Source: Anaeramoeba ignava BMAN (taxonomy: Eukaryota > Protista > Anaeramoebae). Taken from it: DNA of 64,000 bases. A program made the translations under genes and the position numbers. Of the stretch, positions 52,560-61,287 are shown piece after piece; position 1 is the stretch's first letter, and every line of letters begins with the position of its first letter. The notes beneath the pieces were generated by a model that did no database searches, was not told the origin of the DNA, and worked only from the letters and a program-made list of their open reading frames with translations. The stretch is from contig JAPDFW010000147.1 of the NCBI GenBank assembly GCA_028826165.1, positions 558,001-622,000 of the forward strand. The letters run 5' to 3'.

Positions 52560-55500
52560 ATAAATTAATATTTATTATTATTATTTAATAAATAGTCTGT
52601 AAATAATTAAATTCAATAAATAAATAAATAAATAAATTAATATTTATTATTATTATTTAATAAATAGCATGTAAATAATTAAATTCAATAAATAAATAAT
52701 AAATATTTATTATTATTATTTAATAAATAGCATGTAAATAATTAAATTCAATAAATAAATAAATTAATATTTATTATTATTATTTAATAAATAGGAAGTA
52801 AATAATTAAATTCAATAAATAAATAATAAATTAATTAATATTTATTATTATTATTTAATAAATAGAATGTAAATAATTAAATTCAATAAATAAAATAATA
52901 AATTAATTAATATTTATTATTATTATTTAATAAATAGAATGAAAATAATTAAATTCAATAAATAAATAATAAATTAATTAATATTTTTATTATTATTATT
53001 TAATAAATAGCATGTAAATAATTAAATTCAATAAATAAATAATAAATTAATTAATATTTATTATTATTATTTAATAAATAGGATGTAAATAATTAAATTC
53101 AATAAATAAATAATAAATTAATTAATATTTATTATTATTATTTAATAAATAGGAAGTAAATAATTAAATTCAATAAAATAAATAATAAATTAATTAATAT
53201 TTATTATTATTATTTAATAAATAGTCTGTAAATAATTAAATTCAATAAATAAATAATAAATTAATTAATATTTATTATTATTATTATTTAATAAATAGGA
53301 TGTAAATAATTAAATTCAATAAATAAATAAAAAATAAATTAATATTTATTATTATTATTTAATAAATAGGAAGTAAATAATTAAATTCAATAAATAAATA
53401 ATAAAATAATTAATATTTATTATTATTATTTAATAAATAGAATGTAAATAATTAAATTCAATAAATAAATAAATAAATTAATTAATATTTATTATTATTA
53501 TTTAATAAATAGTCTGTAAATAATTAAATTCAATAAATAAATAATAAAATAATTAATATTTATTATTATTATTTAATAAATAGAATGTAAAATAATTAAA
53601 TTCGATAAATAAATAAATAAATTAATTAATATTTATTATTATTATTTAATAAATAGGATGTAAATAATTAAATTCAATAAATAAATAAATAAATTAATTA
53701 ATATTTATTATTATTATTTAATAAATAGTCTGTAAATAATTAAATTCAATAAATAAATAATAAATTAATTAATATTTATTATTATTATTTAATAAATAGG
53801 ATGTAAATAATTAAATTCAATAAATAAATAAATAAATAATAAATTAATTAATATTTATTATTATTATTTAATAAATAGTCTGTAAATAATTAAATTCGAT
53901 AAATAAATAATAAATTAATTAATATTTATTTATTATTATTATTTAATAAATAGCATGTAAATAATTAAATTCAATAAATAAATAATAAATTAATTAATAT
54001 TTATTATTATTATTTAATAAATAGAATGTAAATAATTAAATTCAATAAATAAATAAATAAATTAATTAATATTTATTATTATTATTTAATAAATAGGATG
54101 TAAATAATTAAATTCAATAAATAAATAATAAATTAATTAATATTTATTATTTATTATTTAATAAATAGGATGTAAATAATTAAATTCAATAAATAAATAA
54201 ATAAATAAATAAATAAATTAATATTTATTATTATTATTTAATAAATAGCTTGTAAATAATTAAATTCAATAAATAAATAATAAATTAATTAATATTTATT
54301 ATTATTATTTAATAAATAGTCTGTAAATAATTAAATTCAATAAATAAATAATAAATAAATTAATATTTATTATTATTATTTAATAAATAGGAAGTAAATA
54401 ATTAAATTCGATAAATAAATAATAAATTAATTAATATTTATTATTATTATTATTTAATAAATAGTCTGTAAATAATTAAATTCAATAAATAAATAAATAA
54501 ATAATTTAATATTTATTATTATTATTTAATAAATAGGAAGTAAATAATTAAATTCAATAAATAAATAATAAATTAATTAATATTTATTATTATTATTATT
54601 TAATAAATAGTCTGTAAATAATTAAATTCAATAAATAAATAATAAAATAATTAATATTTATTATTATTATTTAATAAATAGATTGTAAAATAATTAAATT
54701 CAATCAATAAATAAATAATAAAATTAATTAATATTTATTATTATTATTATTTAATAAATAGAATGTAAATAATTAAATTCAATAAATAAATAAATAATAA
54801 ATTAATTAATATTTATTATTATTATTATTTAATAAATAGTCTGTAAATAATTAAATTCAATAAATAAATAATAAATTAATTAATATTTATTATTATTATT
54901 TAATAAATAGTCTGTAAATAATTAAATTCAATCAATAAATAAATAATAAATTAATTAATATTTATTATTATTATTTTAATAAATAGGAAGTAAATAATTA
55001 AATTAAATAAATAATAAAATAATTAATATTTATTATTATTATTTAATAAATAGATTGTAAATAATTAAATTCAATAAATAAATAAATAATAAAATAATTA
55101 ATATTTATTTATTATTATTTAATAAATAGGAAGTAAATAAATTAAATTCAATAAATAAATAAATAATAAATTAATTAATATTTTATTATTATTATTTAAT
55201 AAATAGCTTGTAAATAATTAAATTTAATAAATAAATAATAAATTAATATTTATTATTATTATTTAATAAATAGTTTGTAAATAATTAAATTCAATAAATA
55301 AATAAATAAATAATTTAATATTTATTATTATTATTTAATAAATAGGATGTAAATAATTAAATTCGATAAATAAATAAATAAATAAATTAATATTTATTAT
55401 TATTATTTAATAAATAGGAAGTAAATAATTAAATTCAATAAATAAATAAATAATAAATTAATTAATATTTATTATTATTATTATTATTTAATAAATAGAA

Positions 55501-57220
55501 TGTAAATAATTAAATTCAATAAATAAATAATAATAAATTAATTAATATTTATTATTATTATTATTTAATAAATAGGATGTAAATAATTAAATTCGATAAA
55601 TAAATAAATAAAATAAATTAATATTTATTATTATTATTTAATAAATAGGAAGTAAATAATTAAATTCAATAAATAAAATAAATAAAAATAAATTAATATT
55701 TATTATTATTATTATTTAATAAATAGAATGTAAATAATTAAATTCAATAAATAAATAAATAAAATTAATTAATATTTATTATTATTATTATTATTTAATA
55801 AATAGAATGTAAATAATTAAATTCAATAAATAAATAAATAATAAATTAATTAATATTTATTATTATTATTATTTAATAAATAGAATGTAAATAATTAAAT
55901 TCAATAAATAAATAATAAAATAATTAATATTTATTATTATTATTATTTAATAAATAGATTGTAAAATAATTTAATTAAATTCAATAAAAAAAATAAATTA
56001 ATAAAAATTAATATAATTATATTTATTATTATTATTTAATAAATAGTCTGTAAATAATTAAATTCAATAAATAAATAATAAAATAATTAATATTTATTAT
56101 TATTATTTAATAAATAGTCTGTAAATAATTAAATTCAATAAATAAATAAATAAATTAATATTTAATTATTATTTATTATTATTATTATTTAATAAATAGC
56201 ATGTAAATAATTAAATTCAATAAATAAATAAATAAATAAATTAATTAATATTTATTATTATTATTTAATAAATAGGATGTAAATAATTAAATTCAATAAA
56301 TAAATAATTTAATAACAAGGATGTAAATAAATTAATTAATAAATATTTATTATTATTATTTAATAAATAGGATGTAAATAATTAAATTCAATAAATAAAT
56401 AATAAATTAATTAATATTTATTATTATTATTTAATAAATAGTCTGTAAATAATTAAATTCAAATAAATAAATAATAAATTAATTAATATTTATTTATTAT
56501 TATTATTTAATAAATAGTCTGTAAATAATTAAATTCAATAAATAAATAAATAAATTAATTTAATATTTATTATTATTATTATTTAATAAATAGGATGTAA
56601 ATAATTAAATTCAATAAATAAATAATAAATTAATTAATATTTATTATTATTATTTAATAAATAGTCTGTAAATAATTAAATTCGATAAATAAATAATAAA
56701 TTAATTAATATTTATTATTATTATTATTTAATAAATAGGATGTAAATAATTAAATTCAATAAATAAATAATAAATTAATTTATTTTTATTATTATTATTT
56801 AATAAATAACGAAGTAAATAATTAAATTCAATAAATAATAATAAATTAATTAATATTTATTATTATTATTATTATTTAATAAATAGAATGTAAATAATTA
56901 AATTCAATAAATAAATAAATAATAAATTAATTATTATTTATTATTATTATTTAATAAATAGGATGTAAATAATTAAATTCAATAAATAAATAATAAATAA
57001 ATTAATATTTATTATTATTATTTAATAAATAGGATGTAAATAATTAAATTCAATAAATCAATTAATTAATTAATATTTATTATTATTATTTAATAAATAG
57101 AATGTAAATAATTAAATTTAATAAATAAATAATAAAATAATTAATATTTATTATTATTATTTAATAAATAGATTGTAAATAATTAAATTCAATCAATAAA
57201 TAAATAATAAATTAATTAAT
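52560..57220 (+). other. Tandem array of ~64 units (~72 bp each), each an intron-like repeat plus a variable 3-nt microexon (left block)
   Basis: Unit GTAAATAATTAAATTCAATAAAT...TATTATTATTTAATAAATAG + NNN. First triplet TCT 52596..52598, last ATT 57172..57174. Joined translation SHHENNHDESDENSNDSDSHNDDLSESESINSSEIELFDENDENNNISSHDDDSSDSDENDDNI. The repeat itself is certain; the confidence applies to the microexon reading. Confidence 0.75.
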
Positions 57221-57353
57221 GGGCCTGTCCCAGGCCCATTTGCCAGAAAAAAAAAATAAAAAAAAATAATTAAACAATTTTTTAATTAATTTTTTTTTAA
57301 TTAATTTTTTTTTAATTAATTTTTTTTTAATTAATTTTTTTTTAATTAATTTT

Positions 57354-57438
<85 letters not shown>

Positions 57439-58431
57439 TCATTTCCAAAAAGTGGAATTTCTCTTTATTCCTTTTTTCAACAAATTTTCAAGTTGTCGAA
57501 TTGAGATAAAATCTCTTTTTTTTTGACTCAAAGAAAATAATTTGAGAATTAAATATCTGAAACGATAAACAATATTCATTTCCAAGCAATTAGCCAGAAG
57601 ATAAGGATTTAATCTCAGTTGAGAACAACCCCAACACATTAAAAGAACAAAAATCCCACAAGAATTTCCATCTCTCTGATTCCAATGATGCCAAATTTGT
57701 TTAATCACAAAATCCATATTTAAGTAATTTTTGATGAACTTTTGGAGATTTTTTGCAATTTGATAGGGAATTCGTGAAAAAAGCGTTGATTTACTGTTGA
57801 ATATTAACAATTCTCTTTGATTAAAATGTAGAAAAATCACCACATAATGCATATCATAATAGAAAATAAGAGGAATATATTGTTGTTCACTCACAGAGCA
57901 TTTCAAGAAGAAATCTATCATCTTTTGGAATTCTCTATGACATTTCATCATATGATATGGAAACATGCTTTGATTTATCATAGCTTGTGCATATTGTTTC
58001 AAAATTGTCTTCTCTCTCGTGTGAAAATTTATCAAGAAATTTATCCAACATTCTTCAATAGGAATTTGTGGGATTTGCTTAAAATAGTCCAGAAACTTCC
58101 ATAAAATGACAGAAGAAAATAGATTTTGAGACCAAATCACAAAAAGCAAAACCCATAGTTTGCGATCCCATGGTGAATTTTTATTATCAATTTCTTCTAA
58201 ATTTGGAGGCATACCTTCTAAACATTCTATTAAGGGATTAAATTGAAGTTCAAAAAATTCAGGACCTTGATATAATTTTTCAGACAGAAAGAATTCCAGA
58301 GAATTCATTATATCTGAAAAATCTAATAAGCCATGAAGGTCTATTCTGTACTCCCAATCTTCATTAATCCCAAGTTTTTCAAAATTTACAACTGGTGTTA
58401 CTAAAGTCAACCCTCTGATCTCATTGAGCAA
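57439..58431 (-). CDS. Ulp1/SENP-like (peptidase C48, clan CE) cysteine protease domain carried by the transposon
   Basis: YIPLIFYYDMHYVVIFL (His), LLIFNS (Asp position is Asn), QRDGNSCGIFVL (oxyanion Gln and catalytic Cys), followed by a FRYLIL helix. Confidence 0.7.
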   Translation of the reverse strand: MLNEIRGLTLVTPVVNFEKLGINEDWEYRIDLHGLLDFSDIMNSLEFFLSEKLYQGPEFFELQFNPLIECLEGMPPNLEEIDNKNSPWDRKLWVLLFVIWSQNLFSSVILWKFLDYFKQIPQIPIEECWINFLINFHTREKTILKQYAQAMINQSMFPYHMMKCHREFQKMIDFFLKCSVSEQQYIPLIFYYDMHYVVIFLHFNQRELLIFNSKSTLFSRIPYQIAKNLQKFIKNYLNMDFVIKQIWHHWNQRDGNSCGIFVLLMCWGCSQLRLNPYLLANCLEMNIVYRFRYLILKLFSLSQKKRDFISIRQLENLLKKGIKRNSTFWK

Positions 58432-58623
58432 ATTAGCTTTTTAGTAGGATCCTCTCGAGCTGAACCTTTACCGAAATTTCTCAATTCTCGAAAACCAAAT
58501 TTGGGATAAGTTTTTCAATTCTTTTGGATTCACTTACATTAGTGACTTCCATTTTTGAGAGTAATCAAAAGTTCGATTCTTTCTTCTCAATACTTGAAAC
58601 CTCTTCTATTTCCATAAATTTTC

Positions 58624-60935
58624 CTACAAAATCTTTTTGGCAATCTCTGTGTTCTTTTCTTCCTCATTGATTCGATCATCCATCTCAAAAATGATTTTCT
58701 TTTCAATTTTCTCTTTTCTTTTCCCCACTTTTCTCCTCTTTAAACAGGAAATAAATCCATTATCAATTTTTATCATTGTTGTATTCTCATTATTTTGGTT
58801 TCTCTTTTGATTTCTCTTTTGATTTCTCTTTTGATTTCTCTTTTGATTTCTCTTTTGATTTCTCTTTTGATTTCTCTTTTTATTTTCATTTTCATTTTCA
58901 CTTTCACTTTCATTTTGATTTTGATTTTGAATTTGAATTTGATTTTTATTTTTATTTTGATTTTGATTTTGATTTTGATTTTCATTTTCATTTTGATTTT
59001 CATTTTGATTTTCATTTTGATTTTGATTTTGATTTTGATTTTGATTTTCATTTTGATTTTCATTTTGATATTCACTTTGATATTCATTTTGATATTCATT
59101 TTCAGTTTCATATTCACTTTGATATTCATTTTCATTTTCATTTTCATTTTCATATTCACTTTGATATTCATTTTCATTTTCATTTTCAGTTTCATTTTCA
59201 CTTTGATATTCATTTTCATTTTCATTTTCAGTTTCATTTTCACTTTGATATTCATTTTCACTTTGATATTCATTTTCACTTTGATATTCATTTTCATTTT
59301 CACTTTGATATTCACTTTGATATTCATTTTGATATTCATATTCATTTTCATATTCACTTTGATATTCATTTTCATTTTCATTTTCATTTTCATTTTCACT
59401 TTGATTTTCATTTTGATTTTCATTTTCATTTTCATTTTCATTTTCATTTTGATTTTCATTTTGATTTTCATTTTCATTTTCATTTTGATTTTCACTTTGA
59501 TATTCATTTTCATTTTCATTTTGATTTTCACTTTGATTTCTCTTTTTATTTCTCTTTTGATTTCTATTTTGATTTCTATTTTGATTTCTCTTTTTATTTT
59601 CATTTTCATTTTCACTTTCACTTTCATTTTCATTTTGATTTTGATTTCTCTTTTGGTTTCTCCTTTGATTTCTCTTTTGATTTCTCTTTTGATTTCTATT
59701 TTTCTCTTTTTCTTCTTTTTCCTTCTGTTTTCTGATTCTTTCCTCTTTTTTCCGCTTGTTAATTATTCTTCTCTTCTCTTGCTTAATTTCCACATTTTTC
59801 CATTCTTTTTCATCTCTAAATGTTTTTCGTAAAGATCCATTTCCTAATTTAAAATTATATAAAAGTGCACACACTTCGATTACTTGAATATGAAATTGTT
59901 TCTTGAGTTGAACCTTTTCCTTCAAAATTTTCCATTTTTTCAAGATCGAGAAAACATTTTCGATAATACATCGATAGCGGTTTATATGAAAATTATATTT
60001 TTTATGGTTATTCTTTTTGTTTCTATACTCTCTTTTGGGTGTAATACAATATATAGCTGGAAATGCTTTATCTCCAAGAATTTTATGGGATTTCAATAGT
60101 TCAAGAAGTCCAGATTTTGTTGTTGCCTTGGAATCATGCATGCTCCCTTGGAATCCAGTTTTGAAAAATATGATTTTCCCCTTACTATTGCACACAACAA
60201 TAGATTTGAGAGAAGAATGTCCTCTTTTGACAGAATGATATTTTTTTTCTTTCAAAAGATTCCGAAATCTGGGATGATCTGTCCCATCGATTACCCCAAC
60301 ACAGTTGGGGATTTTTCTTGATTGCCATTTTCGAATTTCTCTTATCCTCTCTTCTCTTGTTAACCAGTGAATTTGGTTGTTGAGAATTTCTCTTAATAAA
60401 GGAACAATTTTTTTTAAATATCTTTCGACTGTACTCTTTCCAATTTTCCACATGGCTCCTAAGATGCGATAAGTGAGAGAATGCCTTAACCATGTTAATG
60501 TGAGTAATAATTTATTTGGAAGATCAAGGGAAGGAATTTGAGATGGAGAAGAAAGAAGATTTTGGGAAGAAGTAGGATGCTCTTGTTGATAAATTTCAAT
60601 TTTGGAAAGAATTTCTTCAAATTGTGAAAAGACAATCCAGTCATATCGGGAGATAAGATATGAGAATTTCTTATTTCTGAATATAGATCCCTTTTCTCTG
60701 AAGAACGAAAATCCAAATTTGGTATAACATTCTGAGAGAATTTATCATTTTGATTCAATTCTTGTAAAAGAGTTGCGTTTTTTGTTTTTAGAAAGAAAGA
60801 AGAAGAGCAAAGATTTAATAAATTTTGGATAACCTATATTTGGTGCCCCAAGTTTATCAAGAATTTCTTTCGTTTGTCGATAAATTCTTATTTGAGGATG
60901 TTTTTCATTCGTTTTTGATTTCGTGTTGATTTCAT
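58624..60935 (-). CDS. Harbinger/HARBI1-like DDE transposase with HTH and a long EN/QN/EYQS low-complexity tail; 5' part frameshifted
   Basis: GVIDGT, KYHSVKRGHSSLKSIVVC, GSMHDS, LGDKAF, YNFHINRYRCIIENVFSILKKWKIL. An HTH segment LLLTLTWLRHSLTYRILGAMWKIGKSTV lies upstream. Candidate ATG at 60935. Confidence 0.88.
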
Positions 60936-61287
60936 ATGAAAAAGCAAAAAAAAAATTTGTTGTTTGTAAAAAGAAGAAAAATGAAAAGAAAAATAAAAAG
61001 AAAAATAAAAGAAAAATTAAAATAGAATAAATAAAGACAATTCTTTTTAGTTGGAAGATTTCAAGAAAAATTCTAAAAACAAAAATAAAGTGAAGTTATG
61101 AGATCCTTTTGAATAGAAATGTTTTATAAAATTTAAAAAAGATTTTTTATTTATTTTTTTTTCTTGATTTTTTTCGAAATTTCTTTTTCGTTTCCTTCTC
61201 AAGACAATAATGTTAATTTTTGAATTTCATGTTGGATTGAAAGTTTATTTGATGATTAAATTTTTTTGTCGACACCGGGACGAGCCC

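Larger units (their letters stand above)
57221..61287 (-). mobile_element. PIF/Harbinger-superfamily (DDE_Tnp_4) DNA transposon, 4067 bp, imperfect TIRs, 3-bp AAT target-site duplication
   Basis: Left end GGGCCTGTCCCAG; reverse complement of the right end GGGCTCGTCCCGG. AAT occurs at 57218..57220 and 61288..61290, and removing the element plus one AAT restores the repeat consensus TTAATTAATATTTATT. Confidence 0.9.

Noticed and set aside
57350-57437. 63-78-aa ORF from (TTTC)n near the transposon end
   Set aside because: It is a simple microsatellite in the element's 3' non-coding region.
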